Positions 1 through 13,391 of a stretch of 64,000 bases of DNA are shown in pieces (positions within the stretch are counted from its first letter, which is position 1; every line of letters begins with the position of its first letter). Under the pieces are notes generated by a model that did not search any database, was not told where the DNA came from, and saw nothing but the letters and a program-made list of their open reading frames with translations. This stretch comes from Octopus vulgaris (taxonomy: Eukaryota), in NCBI GenBank assembly GCA_951406725.2, contig OX597831.1, positions 16,182,001-16,246,000 on the forward strand, read 5' to 3'. The position numbers and the translations under genes are program-made.

Positions 1-1976
1 TCACTGTAAGTATGAGATCATAGAGAACCACACTAACTTTGAACAGTGATAAAGAATTTCTAAATGCTGGTGATGTAAAAACTTCGTGTGGCATTTTCCA
101 GGGTGACTCACTGTCACCACTCCTCTTTTGTTTATCCTTAATACTTCTCTCAAAGCTGCTCAATGACGCGCAGTACGGGTATAAAATATTTGATAAAAAT
201 ATAAATCATCTCATTTACATGGATGATTTAAAGCTTTTTGCAAAAAAGACAAACAACTCAAGGGCTTACTAGCGATAGTCAAACAATTCAGTGACGACAT
301 CAGAATGCAATTCGGCCTCGATAAATGTGCAAAAGCTACCTTTATCAAAGGAAAAATGACAGAAACATCTAACGTTAACCTTGACCAGCAGAATGTCATA
401 AAAGAACTAGACCCAGCGGAGAGCTACAAGTACCTAGGGGTAATTGAAGGGAATGGAATAAGGCATTGAGAGATGAAGGAAAGGATCAGGAGAGAATGCT
501 ATCGAAGAGTGAGAGCAATACTCAAGACAGAGCTGAATGCGAGAAACAGGATCGAAGCGATCAATGCATTAGCCATACCAGTCGTGACTTACAGTTTCAA
601 TATTGTTAACTGGTCAATTACTGAAATATGTCAGCTCGACAGAAAAATAATGAAACTGTTGACAATGCATAGAATGCACCACCCTAAGGCAGATACAGAA
701 CGACTCTATCTGCCAAGAAAAGAGGAGGCCGTGGTCTTTTGCAACTGACAATAACAATGAAGATTGCTACAATTGGCCTAGACACCTACCTGAAAAACTG
801 TGAGGACTGGATGTTAAAACTTGTCTCAAAACATGAAAACAAGAAAGCATCATACTCAGTCACAAAACAGGCAAAGGAATATCTAAGCGAATTCCGAATA
901 CAACCAATTTCGGAATTAGAGATAGACATACAAGAAACAAGCACAGAAGAAGCTAGGCGCATGAAAACCCGTGCCAAAACTGCGGCCTTAGATATTCTGA
1001 ATAATAAATGGCAGGAAAAACCTCTCTATGGCAAATACCCAAAGAGAGCGAATAATGCAGATATCGACAAATCCCTGACCCATCAATGGCTAATGGCCTA
1101 TGGCTTAAAATCTGAAACAGAGGGGTTTATCATAGCAGCTCGAGATCAATGCCTACCAACAAGAAACTACCAGGCCAACATATTAAAGAACGGCAGTAGC
1201 CCAACATGTCGTGTATGCCGACAACAAAATGAAACCATTGACCATGTTGTCTCCAAATGCAGTCTTCTAGCGCCTACAGAATACCTCAGTAGGCATGATA
1301 GAGCTGCAAAATATATTCACTGGATAATATGCAAAAACCTGGATTTGCCCCATGAAAATAAACTGGTGGGAACACAAACCACCTCCTGTGCTTGAAAATG
1401 ACACATCTCACTCCTCTGTAACTTCACCATTCAAACTGACAGGAAGATGGATGCAAATAGGCCAGACATTATATTGAAAGACTTCAGACAAAAAACATGC
1501 CTCCTCATTGATTTGACTGTCCCAATCGATATAAACGTATCTGTGAAGACCTAACAAAAACTGAGCAAATATAAAGATTTTGAAATAGAAATCAGCAAAA
1601 TGTGGAAGCTGAAGACTAAAACAATACCTGTTGTCATAGGTGCCCTGGGAATGATAGCGAAAGGGACTGATTGCTACCTAACTCAGATACCAGGAAACCC
1701 CAAAATGGCAGAAATTCAAAAGATAGTGCTCATGGTAACTGCTCATATCCTACACAAAATACTCTCTATGTAATCCCAAGGTTTAAAACATTTTTTTTTA
1801 TTTAAAAAAAAAAAAAAAAATTAATTTTATTTTTATGTATTAGACATTCACTAGTTCAACACCAAAAAAAAATCCCCAAATATATGGCACAGAACTTCCA
1901 ACCTGTTGTCTCTTGAGGTCTCTGGGTGAGACTTGGAGCCAACTTGTACAGACATAAAGCAAAAGTCAAACATAGA
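1..1976 (+). mobile_element. R4/Dong-type non-LTR retrotransposon (RT + CCHC + restriction-like endonuclease), 3' part, frameshifted
   Basis: GIFQGDSLSPLLF and YMDD RT motifs (39-272); CRVC..ETIDHVVSKC..RHD zinc motif (739-1395); RLE motifs RPD..IDLTVP..KLSKY..IPVVIGALG read by hand to TAA at 1771-1773; several frameshifts and a stop; 3' end abuts (TAA)n. Confidence 0.92.
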
Positions 1977-2019
1977 ATAATAATAATAATAATATAATAA
2001 TAATAATAATAATAATAAT
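1977..2019 (+). repeat. (TAA)n microsatellite, tail or target of the Dong-like LINE
   Basis: direct reading. Confidence 0.9.
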
Positions 2020-2220
2020 CCTTTCTACAAATGGCACAAGACCTGAAATTCGTGGAGAGGGGAATTGTCGATCACTTGGACCCAGTGCTCAACTGGTATT
2101 TAATTTATCAACCCTGAAAGGATGTAACACTTACTCGACTTCAGCAGAATTTTAACTCAGAACGTAAAGACAAACGAAATACCGCTAATCATTCCGCCCG
2201 TTGTGCTAGGTCACCGTCTT
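2018..2220 (-). mobile_element. tRNA-derived SINE family 1, diverged copy
   Basis: matches the consensus seen at 16625-16853 and 59610-59842. Confidence 0.75.
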
Positions 2221-3223
2221 CATAACAATAATAATAATAATAATAATAATAATTATAATAATAATAATAATAATAATAATAAGGAGCAAAATCATACTGC
2301 CTCACACATGGCCATCCAGCAGCATCCATTACCAGCCATGATATAGCCGCAGTCTTCTGGAGTGACTTGTAACCGTCTAAATTGGTCCTAAATTCGTGTT
2401 CAAAGGTACATGCAGTAATTTCGGCGGACGAAGGCTCTCACAACACCTGCCCAATACCTGTTGCTGGCCATTGCTTTGTCCTTCTCTGTTGCGACTAAGT
2501 GTGTTAATTCAGTTGACAGCTCTTTACTCACTAAAATGTTAGGGAAGCGGACAAGCTAAAATAGGAAACGGTTCACAATGGTTACAATTTATCAATCAAC
2601 GTCAGTCGCGGATCAGTAAATGGCTACGTTCACCTCAGGTATCGTCCTGGAATCAAGCGAGCAGGCACGCAGTTATCAAATCGTGGAGACAAGCAGTTGC
2701 ATCTTGGAGATTTGGACTGATATTTGAAATTAATACTTTTGTTTTACTATGTTGTGATAAATCGTATGCGGTGGAGGGCATAAGTTAGATCCGCTTGATG
2801 TAGCTCAAGCGATTCTACGAAGAATTTAAACTCTATTATGTCGATATTATTTTAGGCGCATATTTATTTACTAAGAAATATTATCAAATCTGTTCGCCGT
2901 TCCACAGTTGACAAAGAGGAACATTGGGAATAGCAGAGTCGGAGAGGTTTGCTGCGTCCTGGGACTATTCATTGTCACTAAGTGGAATGGTTCAACGTGT
3001 AATAAGGTGCTTGCATGCAACACATCGTGTTTTGTCTCTGTCTTGACGAGGGCAAGATCAACACTCAAGTCATGAGGTGAAGCAAATTTTACTATTAATA
3101 ATATACCAGCAGAACAGTAATTAATAGCATTGGTAAGTGATGTTCATGGATCGTTGTATCAACATAATATTGCGAATACTATGTAATATAGTGTAATCTA
3201 TTTCGTCTCCTACGGCATCGGCA

Positions 3224-3654
3224 TCTTATAATGATTCTGAGAGTCGCTCCGTTTCTTAGTCCGTCCGTCCACGTGATTACTTGAAAGGGAGGGGATGGGA
3301 GTGGTTTTGGTGTGTGTGAAATGTGTAATTCGTTTGTTTAACGAAGTTCCTTTTCTGCGTTACATAACCCGTCCATAAGGTTTTCACTTGAATAGTTGCA
3401 GGGAAAGGCGATGAGCGAAATAAAAAAGAAAGAGGGTAAGGCGATGAGTGAGAGAGAAAGACGGAGAGAGCAGCCTATTATGTCTAAACATTTGCACATA
3501 AATTAATTATCGTATATCAATTTGCTTCATTTTTCAATGATTTGCAGATGATGCAGAAACAACAAAGGCTACGCTATCAGGGTTTTGAATAAAGTTTTCA
3601 GACAGCCCAATAAGTTTCCTATTAATTCCTTGAAACATTCATGGGGACCGCTAG
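3224..3654 (+). mobile_element. non-autonomous Helitron (probable)
   Basis: A|TC 5' end (TCTTATAAT..GTCCGTCC), imperfect subterminal hairpin, CTAG|T 3' end at 3651-3655. Confidence 0.55.
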
Positions 3655-3693
3655 TGAAAACATCATGACACATATAAAATCATTACTAAAGTA

Positions 3694-3877
3694 CTGGTTT
3701 CAAATTGTGGCCCAGGGCCAGTAGACCGGAATCAGTGCTCATCAGGAATTTATCGTCCATGAAATGATGAACGGGGAAAGTCGACGCGGCAGAATTTGAA
3801 CACAGAACATAAAGACAGACGAAGTGTCGGAAAGCCGTTCGCCCGGCGTTCTAACGATTCTGCCAGCTCACCGCCCT
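3694..3877 (-). mobile_element. SINE family 1 copy
   Basis: GGAAAGTCGAC..GAATTTGAAC..CTGCCAGCTCACCGCC motifs. Confidence 0.75.
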
Positions 3878-4724
3878 AAATTTCTTCTCCATATACTTAT
3901 GTTATATGCACCGTGATCTGTAGAATTTGTATTCTGTCACACTATTTATAAGTATCAGAAATAGTCTCTGTGAATTTGGTAATGTTTCACGAACGTCTGC
4001 TATCGTAACTGACTGTCGAATTAATGTCTATAAAAGATGAAATGAGTGTTTCGAATTACATTTTGACTAATAGTTCTTGTAAATGAAATGGTTTCTGTCT
4101 GTCTTCTGTAGTCAGCGTACTGAAATAAAGTCTGAGAGCGCTGGAGCAGATAACCTCTTTCCAATTTCTTCGTTTCCATTACGCCACGATATCATTAGTT
4201 TAAAAAGGAAATACGTCTGATTCTTAAGAAATATATAGGACAACAATTATATAGAAATTTCAGTAGTATGCTTTGATTCATGTTTGTCCTTGGATAGTAA
4301 CTGTTATTTACCATTTCCTTGTTTCTAAAATGTATGAAGAATCGCTAACATTTCCTTCCAACTTTGCTTTTCTTACATTTCTTCAAACCCCAAAGTATCC
4401 TTCTCAATGCATGGCTATGATGCTTCCTCACTGATCCTGCTCCCGATAAAGGACACACATATTGCCAGCCATAAATAGACCTTCTCAAGTGGGTAAGGTC
4501 AAGCGACGGGCAAGCAAATCTGTGGTATTGAGCAGGATATTTGCTTTAACGATATTTCTGCTTCAGCAAATGAAGCGCTGAATTTTTCTGAAATATACAG
4601 GAAAATAGGTCCGCTGCAAACATTGGTATCCAGGTCACAAAAGCAGAGATTGAAGGGGAATAGTAGACATTTCTTTTGATTTCAAGAAAGAAACAAATGG
4701 GAAATAACACTTCTTTTATAATTT

Positions 4725-5040
4725 ATCTTTTTTCTTGTTTTAGTCATTTGAGTGTGCCCATACTGGAACAACATTTGAAGAGTTTTTATAATCGCACAAA
4801 TCGACACTAGGACATTCTTAGTCTGGCACTTATTCTATCGGTCACTTAGTCGAGCCGCATAGTTGTAGGGACGTAAACAAACCAACACCAGTTCTCAAGG
4901 CGAAATGGGAGACAAGCACATATACAAAGACACAAAAAAAACATATATGCATGTATACGACGGTTTTCTCTCAGATTCTGTTTACCAAATCCCCTAATAA
5001 TGAGTTGTTGGCTTGAGGATATAGGAGAAACAGTTGCCCA
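4725..5040 (-). mobile_element. SINE family 3, diverged copy
   Basis: reverse-complement similarity to 32252-32730. Confidence 0.6.
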
Positions 5041-5069
5041 ATAAAATTGCTGTTAGGCAGTATTTCTCA

Positions 5070-5910
5070 TTCTATTCTCACATTGCTGCATCCACCAATG
5101 CTACCTGACAGAGTAACAGTGTCTGCCCTTCCCAGCCAAAGTTAGTCGGTGGGATGACGTTCACAATGGATTCAGGTGAGAGCTGGATTCGTTCGACACG
5201 TGACACTAGGTGTTGGACATAAACACACTGGTAAGTAATACTTGCGCACTCGACAGAAACGTACATAACCTTTCGTATCAGTTTGAGTGCGTCTCGGATA
5301 AAGGCACATCCATATCAGTAGAGTTAATCCTAAACTGGCAATGCCTCTGGTTGCACTGCCAGGCCAGGTATTTTTGGAAATTAGCCACTAGCTTCAGTCC
5401 CTAATTCCTCTGGAACAGACTGACCAGCTCATTCTCGTCAACTCCAAGAACATTACGACACCTGCCTGCCACTAACCCCCTGGTAGAATGGAACATCAAC
5501 TGATCACATTGCCCGACTGACAGAGGGTTGTGAGCACTTGACGAAACTCTGCCTCGGTGTACAATAAGTCAAAGTTTCAAGCTGTGGAAAATCCAGTCTG
5601 GTAAATGAAGCGCTGGAGATACTATAACCTCAGCGCATGTCTACTCATCAACAACCAAGACATGCGCAGCACTCCATCTACCGGTGTTAGCAACAAATGG
5701 AACGTCTGACCGGTGGAACGTTTACCTGCCACAGAAAGCGGAACTAAATGCAGTCTAATTTGGCCAGACGTAAAGTGGGGCTAGGCGTGGAGGTCTGCGA
5801 CGTAAGCATAAGCCACCTTGACTCGACCTTCAAGGAATACTTTTTGCTCTGTTAATATCTGGCCGATATCGGTCACTCTGCTCGTTACTACATCCCAGTA
5901 CTTACCCAGG
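5070..5910 (-). mobile_element. old Tx1/L1-group LINE ORF2 3' fragment
   Basis: hand translation YWDVVTSRVTDIGQ..., TPVDGVLRMSWLLMSRHALRL*YLQRF and NFQKYLAWQC align with NWSEVTSKVTALTQ, KPLNGGLGMLWLRMRKLALRYRHLWLY and NYQKSLAWQC of the element at 48.7-49.4 kb. Confidence 0.75.
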
Positions 5911-6065
5911 TAGGAAAAAGTTGCTAATCCAATTACACAACGGTAACAAATATTACAATATACAACTTTGTGCAAATAACAATAAACTCACGAGAAAGAC
6001 GCGCAAGGCGTGGCAGTCGACGAACGATAGCAACCACAACCACAGCAACAACATCAATGATAAAA

Positions 6066-6280
6066 ATCCTTTCTACTATAGGCACAAGGTCTGAAATTTT
6101 GTGGAGGGGGGGCTAGTCGATTATACGGAATTCAGTGTTTCTTTGGTACTTCATTTATCGACCCCGAAATAATGAAAGGCAAAGTCGGTCTCAGCCTTAT
6201 TTGAACGTAGAACATTTTGACGGGCGAAACACTGCTAAGCTTTTGGTTCAGTGCTGCAACGATTCTGTCAGCTCACCGCC
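6066..6280 (-). mobile_element. SINE family 1 copy
   Basis: same consensus motifs. Confidence 0.8.
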
Positions 6281-8062
6281 AAAACATCAATAATGATAAT
6301 GATAAAATCAAAGATAATCAATTGCATCAAGAAATATTTATTTCTGCATGTATTCAGAATATACTGCATAGAGACAGTCTCTAGACGAATTACTGACTGG
6401 AACCTGATCTGTAATGAAAGCAAAATAATATGTATTGAAGTATTTGAATAAAATATTGATTTTCATATAAGTTATGTTTATTGTATATAATTCAAGTAAT
6501 GTGAGTTTGAGTTTCCTTAAAAATCTATCTAACGTAGGCTGTGATCATTTTTTGGTGTTGTTTCAGGATGATTACAGGATCTTAATAAAAATTATATATT
6601 GTATCTGCGTACAGAATCAAGATAGCTAACTTGCAGGAACACTAGTAAGTCGGAGGCAATTCTTACTGTCATAGAGTCCGGCTCTTTGACGTCTCAGTTC
6701 GAATCGTGTAGAGCTCATCTTTGCATTTCATGTATTGGGGGTCAATATATAAAGTAGCGGTGTTTATGCAAACAATTTCACCGGTTTCTACAAATTTTCC
6801 TATCTTGAACGTGTTACCTCTGTACATTATAAGACATGGAGACCAAATAACCGGCCTTCTGAGTCCCATGAATCGACGTAAAATATGGGCAGTCCTTAAA
6901 CTGCATACATACACATATACACATAAACATGTTTACATACTTGCTTACTATATCTACACTCACGCATAATTGCTTTCGTTTGATAATTGTTTTACATTGA
7001 TCTGATATTGAATCCTGACACGAACATAAATATAACGGTTCGAAAGGTGCTTAAAAAAGATGCCTATCACTTCCAAGGCAGTCGGGTAGAAATACAAGCA
7101 TTGAAGCTATTAAATAGTTACAATTATCCTTACGTCAAATATTTTCTTAGTTGAATTTCTCTTTCTTCACACCAACGCAGATATAATAGATACCATTAAT
7201 ATGATGATGTGAGATTTCATTATGCCATGCAGGCTATCGGTCGAATTCCCTATGTTAAGAAAATGAAAATAAAACGATTAAATAGATTTTTATGATGATT
7301 ACATTCCAAATTCAAAGAATCTTTTAACCTAATGTGAATTTGATTCACATAGAAATTCTGTTTTTGCATGGTTAAATTCTGATCAATATAGTTAACAGTT
7401 ACGAAAAAAGTACTGAATTGCCTATAAATATACTTCATGCTAAATTGCTCAGTCAACGAGAATGTGTATAGCAGCATAAATTACTTGCTGTCGCCATTTG
7501 TTTATAATAGTCCCTTAAATTCGCAAAATCATTCTAATGCTAGGGAGACGTGAAAACACGATCAGACATTATAAAATCTTTGTTGTTCGAAATATAATTC
7601 GTTGATATTTGTTTTTTGTTGGGTTTCGTTTATGTTTACAAACAAATGAAATACTAAAATCATTTTAAATAACACACCTTGGCAGAGTAGTACATAAATC
7701 CTATCGAAGTAATCCGAACAGCCATGGTTTACTTTTGCTAAACAGGAAGAAAAATATTCAACACGCCTGAAAAAAAAAATGAAAAAAACATAGGGTAATA
7801 TATGAGAATATATACAATATTGTACCATACAAAGTCTTTTACTTCAGCCATTACTAAAATTGACGAACAGAGGAGAGGTACTGCAAAAGAGGGACGCAAT
7901 AAATGACAGCTTTACCGTATACTATGATGGCTGAGGGTTGAGTGACGAGGTTCTAGCGGTGGAAGCCAGGATTACAACTATTTTGTTACACAGAGAATTA
8001 GATAGATAGGTAGATAGATAGATAGATAGATACATACATACATACATACATACATACATACA

Positions 8063-8096
<34 letters not shown>

Positions 8097-8101
8097 CATA
8101 C

Positions 8102-8205
8102 AGTTTAATATTGAATTTGTTTGAAGCAGTTCGAAAAACGAACGGAAGTGCTAAGAAAGACATTCTCCAAATTCTAACTGCCATTTTTTTTTCAATATAC
8201 AGTAT
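8102..8205 (-). pseudogene. probable exon 3 of secreted-protein paralog A, with in-frame TAG
   Basis: ctacag|ATAC acceptor, phase 2 fits exon 2; reads (K)YCILKKKWQLEFGECLS*HF, aligning loosely with (K)YSRTHRLSRSEIECGSQWF of paralog B; TAG at 8151-8153; donor position uncertain. Confidence 0.45.
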
Positions 8206-8415
8206 CTGTAGACCACTTCAAACACAATATACATACACACACGCACACACACACACACACATACACACACACGCACACACGCATAATATTCGAGTACATA
8301 TACGTACATATATATATAAACTTTTCCTTCCGGTCTTTCAAAATGTGACCTCGTGTGTACCTTTGGCGATTTTTTTCCCTCTGTCTTCCCTTCTCTGGAT
8401 CTTTCTTTCTCCTAT

Positions 8416-8450
8416 GTTTCCGACGAAGAGCGCCGCTCGAAACGTTAAAC
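8416..8450 (+). ncRNA. minimal type I hammerhead ribozyme (U4C variant) in a Penelope-like repeat
   Basis: GTTT-CCGACGA-AGAGC(gcc)GCTC-GAAAC-GTT-AAAC: stem I and stem II pair; palindromic AACGTT stem III. Confidence 0.6.
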
Positions 8451-8544
8451 CCTCCGTCTTCCCTTCTTTCCTGAGCGTCCAATAATACTATATTTGTTCC
8501 ACGTCCTCGCGTTAATGTGTTTTTTTGTGCTTTCTTGTTTGGAT

Positions 8545-8622
<78 letters not shown>

Positions 8623-9383
8623 CATGTGTACACATATATATATACACACACACATATATACATACACATATACATGCTTCGGTTGAGGACGAACACAGAA
8701 ATACACACACATACATGCTTTTATACTTATGAATGTGTGTCTGTGTTTTTATAAATATATGTATAATTTACATTATGTTGAATCATCAATGTCTAAACAT
8801 TTTCTACTCACCGTATCTTCTGTTCCCTCTCAATGCTTTCTGTGGAAGAACGCGGGCTCGAAATGTCAAAGTCCTTTCTATACTTTGTGAAAGTTAACCG
8901 AATATAATGCTTGTTATTCTTTCACCTTTCTCCGCTTTCTGTTGCATTTTAACTTGACTATAATATATATATGTCCATCTACCAAACCAACTAAAAAGGC
9001 TTTAGTCGAACTGAGGCTATACTAAAAGGCTCTCCAAATTTGACCTGAGTGGCATTTGAACTCAGAGCGTAAAACCAAGAGAAATGCTGCTCAGAAATTT
9101 GTTCAACGAATGTGCCAACCCGTCGATCTCTTTATTCTTGCAATATGGTTAGAAGAGAGGATTGAGAATTATACTATGCAACATAACATATACAAATCTG
9201 CAAGACTCATTAGGTTTAGCAGTCAAGGACTAAAGTGTTTGTGCACTAACTTTTAAAATACCTCTTTATTCTTTAGAATTAATACATAAAAACTATTGTT
9301 TTAATTTATGATTTCATACCATTTACAAAACTAGAAAAATATAGACTGTTATAGAAAAAAGTTATAAGAAAACGTATATTTAC

Positions 9384-9483
9384 TTGCAGTACGAATTCTC
9401 GTCGTCTTCCTCGGGTGACATATCCATAGATTTTGAGCACATATCCTTGGCTTTTTCGGGGCAGCTACCATCCGCTGTGATCC
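9384..9483 (-). CDS. exon 2 of small secreted Cys-rich protein, paralog A
   Basis: ttttag| ... |GTAAAT, 100 nt, phase 1 to 2; (G)ITADGSCPEKAKDMCSKSMDMSPEEDDENSYC(K); homologous to 44201-44303. Confidence 0.75.
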
Positions 9484-10429
9484 CTAAAATTGTTAAGACT
9501 TTTCTGAAATCACTTCGTAACACTGATACAGCATTCGACGTAGACTTAGCACATTGTAATTTAATCAACTGTAACTTTTGAAAATAATGAATAGCATTTG
9601 GCATTTTAGAATTTTAAATGAGTGGAGTCTTGTGCTTGTGTAATGCATTTTCTCACGAGGCCTAGAAATATTGAAATGCCATGAATTGTATTCTGTGTTG
9701 TTATCATATGCATATATTAATTGAATACATAAATCTTTTTACTGTATATACAATACCTGGAATTTTGGGGAAAGAGGCAAAGACAAACTCGGCGGAATTT
9801 GAAACATCTTTGGAATAACCTCATACATATGGTGATTATTCTATATATTTTGTTTTCCTTTATCATCGTATTTCGAAAGTATAATTTTATATTAAGTGGT
9901 ACATAGACAGCTGAGACATTTAATAGTTGAAAGCCTTTCAACAATGTGGGGTTGCTGAATACCATTTAAATGTGAAAACGTATTTAACTTCGTACTATCT
10001 CTGGGAAAAAACTTTGAAAACGATGACATAAACATATGAAAACGTACATCCATCCATCCATCCAGATATGCATTCGTACATTCGTCTATACATACGTACG
10101 TACAACGAAGCCTCAAATAGCATGATAGGTGGGCAAGACTCTCCGTATATCGATGAACCCTTTCTTCGACTTCGCACAACTGAGCCCTATTAATTACTGG
10201 ATAATCCTCAGATTATATCTTCTGGAGGCAGGGTAGCATTTATGTAGTCACTGAGGAATATAAAATCCTGATAAAAAAATATGGGCCTCATGTATTAAAA
10301 CATCGGCTGACAAATATGTTTGAAGTACAAGTGTTCATACATTCATTCCGGTTCTTTGACTCGACTTGTGATGAGATCTGAGGAATTGTGAAAACTAGAT
10401 CGATACTCTACTACATATGAAAATCTTAA

Positions 10430-10960
10430 CAACATTGATGTAGAACGTCGTTTCCTAAAACAAAACCAATGTGTCTGAGGCCTTACATCTCTCGAGACGG
10501 TTTCTGGATATCCTATCATAACCCTGTAGCTACGAATTGAAACACCAAGTGCAAATGTGCATCGTTTGACCAAGGTTGCATACATGAGGAGGCAGATGAC
10601 TTATTCTATGACTGCTAACACCAATATATAACTACAGGAGTTGCACGATTCTATTGCAGCATGACACGAGACGAAAGGATGAGAGCATATCAGCAAAACA
10701 CCATGCATGAATATGTTACCACAAAACTCCGGTATGAAAGCAGCGTCGATTATCAAACTAGTCTTTTCTGAAGCAATAGCTGGATACCTAATATTCACTT
10801 TCAGAATTATGCATTTACAATTTAAGAAAAGTTGTGAAGCAAGCAGCGAAGATATCATCCACATCATAATCAGTTGCACGAAAATGCTTTCGTACTATTT
10901 GCTACGGAGTGTCATGATGTTGTTGCCAAGACACTGTAATTTGAAATCCGTCGGAACGAT
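10430..10960 (+). mobile_element. old R4/Dong-type LINE fragment
   Basis: DVERRFLKQNQCV*GL resembles DTERLYLPRKE; CEASSEDIIHIIISC..HDVVAK resembles the CCHC/RHD motif of the element at 1-1976. Confidence 0.6.
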
Positions 10961-11306
10961 TAACCTAATGTGTTTTGCAGTGTGGTAGAGACGATAGCCT
11001 CCAAAATGAGAAAATTCACTGTGTGCAAACCTCAGTAATATGTGAACATAAAACGCGAGGCAATGATTTTCGAGAGGAAAGAGATTACATAGAGAAATGA
11101 AAGTCACTTCTCCAGATGTCAATATGAAGCTAAAAATCAAGGAAAAAGCAAATATATGCTAAAATCACGAGAAATGGTATTTCAGCCGTGTTATAGTATT
11201 TGAAGTGGTTATTGTGGCATTAGCGTTTGTTATCAAGTGCTACAGCACCTATAATGAGAAATGAGGATTAGCAGAAATGGAAATAACATACCCTCAGTGG
11301 CTGTAT

Positions 11307-11435
<129 letters not shown>

Positions 11436-11655
11436 GAAGATAGAGAGACAGAGAGGGGGGAGAATAAGGCAAAGATGAAGAAATAGATGAAGAGATAATG
11501 AATCAGAGTAAAAGTAAGGAAATTTGAGAGTAAAACAGAAATGAAGCGGAAGAATTGATGAGTTATGTCAAAAGAAAAGGCGAAAAGGCGAAAGGATGCG
11601 ACGTGAGAAATTCTGAAGAGAAAGAAGAAGAAGAGTGTTTTTCACAGTTACTTAC

Positions 11656-11695
11656 CAATAACAAAAAGAGCTAACAAAAGAATGATGGTTTTCAT
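11656..11695 (-). CDS. signal-peptide exon of paralog A (MKTIILLLALFVI-G)
   Basis: ATG at 11695-11693, hydrophobic stretch, phase-1 GTAAGT donor; acceptor aaacag| at 11708 suggests an upstream UTR exon; candidate TATATAA at 11996-12002. Confidence 0.75.
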
Positions 11696-12110
11696 CTTGA
11701 TTGAATCCTGTTTAGTGGAAAATATGCTCATGTAAGGATTTAATACATGCAAGGGAAGACTAATCAAATTTTGCAGCTTTAGTTTCTGAAACGATGTAAG
11801 CATTCGTTATTTGTGACGTATGAGGGTTTGTTTTTATGTTGTTGCGATTCTATAGAGTTCTACGGTTGTATGTGTTTTTTTTTTATGTTAGATTATTTAT
11901 TTTTTAAACAGTAATTCTATTTTCAATCAATATAATTAGGACATTGAAAATATGTATGTTCATACCTACGGTGTATGACGTAGGTGGGCGCATCATTATA
12001 TACGTATCAAAAGAATTTTCTGATCTATATTTAGGAGATAGGGAATTATGTACGTTATTTACATTTTTTTTATATTTCACGGATATTTGTCCTCATCTCC
12101 TTTGTTGTTA

Positions 12111-12155
12111 ACGCAACGTTTCGGCTGATACACCCTGCAGCCTTCATCAGGGGTC
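12111..12155 (-). ncRNA. minimal hammerhead ribozyme in a Penelope-like repeat
   Basis: minus strand GACCC-CTGATGA-AGGCTG(..)CAGCC-GAAAC-GTT-GCGTT; one stem I mismatch. Confidence 0.65.
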
Positions 12156-12206
12156 TTAGGGAAATTTCGTATCTGGGTTCTTATCCTTGAGGTATTGTTG
12201 ATGTTG

Positions 12207-12283
<77 letters not shown>

Positions 12284-12435
12284 CTCTACGCCAAATGTCC
12301 GTGGACAGTTGTGGCAAAATGTTTCTGTTTATATTCGTAAACAATCGTAGTTGATATATATACATGTTTATATATATGTGTGTGTGTGTGTGCACACGCA
12401 CGTATGTCTGTGTATACGTATAAAAATGTGATTAA

Positions 12436-12480
12436 CACTCGCTGAGGACGGGTACACACCCAGAAACTCGAGTCTGTGTG
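12436..12480 (+). ncRNA. minimal hammerhead ribozyme, GUC cleavage site
   Basis: CACTCG-CTGAGGA-CGGGT(acac)ACCCA-GAAAC-TCGA-GTC-TGTGTG; palindromic ACTCGAGT stem III. Confidence 0.65.
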
Positions 12481-12649
12481 TATGGCATCAGCCTAGGGAT
12501 GGGAGCGATAACCTCACCTCACAAATGGTAATCGGACACAAGATGTGTTTCGTTAGCCAGCTGGGAGAGATGTATTCCTGAGGTTATAAAGGCCAGTAAC
12601 CCTCTCCCGTATAGGACGCTGCACTTTGTCGGCAATTATATGTTAAGAT

Positions 12650-12887
12650 GTTTGTTCCTTCTCGAGCCATGTCTGGCTGCTCACAAAGGTCGGTTTCCCG
12701 GTTTCCTTGGCGTATAGGATCCCTACCTGTATCGGACGCCGGTCTGTCGTAGGTGAGCGGCAAGATACAGAAGGAAAGAGAGAGAGAAAGTTGCGGCGAA
12801 AGAGTCAGCAGAAGTTCGCCATTACTTACTGCAGGAGCCGCGTGCAGCTTAGGTGTTTCGCTCATAAACGCACACATCGCCCAGTCT

Positions 12888-12888
<1 letters not shown>
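12650..12888 (-). mobile_element. SINE family 2, 5'-truncated
   Basis: near match to the reverse complement of 40693-40984. Confidence 0.8.
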
Positions 12889-12939
<51 letters not shown>

Positions 12940-13147
12940 TATATTTGTATTTATACTTGCGTTATACTGTTAAGAACGTACTGTATATAGCTCGACCAGC
13001 TTCAAGTTTCACCCTGTGCTATCCTGTAGTAGTATTATAAGTACTTCTATATTTGCGTTTTTGCATCTGACGTGTTTGAACAGATAATTGAAAACAGTTT
13101 GAGTCAAGAAGTATGGAGTACTCCTTCATATGGTATACCATTTTTTC

Positions 13148-13182
<35 letters not shown>

Positions 13183-13196
13183 TGTATGTATGTATG

Positions 13197-13291
<95 letters not shown>

Positions 13292-13350
13292 GTACATATG
13301 ATTGTTTCCTTGTATATACATAATTATATATACAAGGAAACTGAATCTGC

Positions 13351-13391
<41 letters not shown>

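Noticed and set aside
5899-5945. Apparent hydrophobic exon CVIGLATFSYLG|GTAAGT
   Set aside because: It has no ATG, and the sequence continues directly into a Tx1 ORF2 homologue.
9484-9604. N-terminal part of ORF 9380-9604
   Set aside because: Homology with paralog B and the intron phase place the acceptor at 9484; the upstream part is probably intron.
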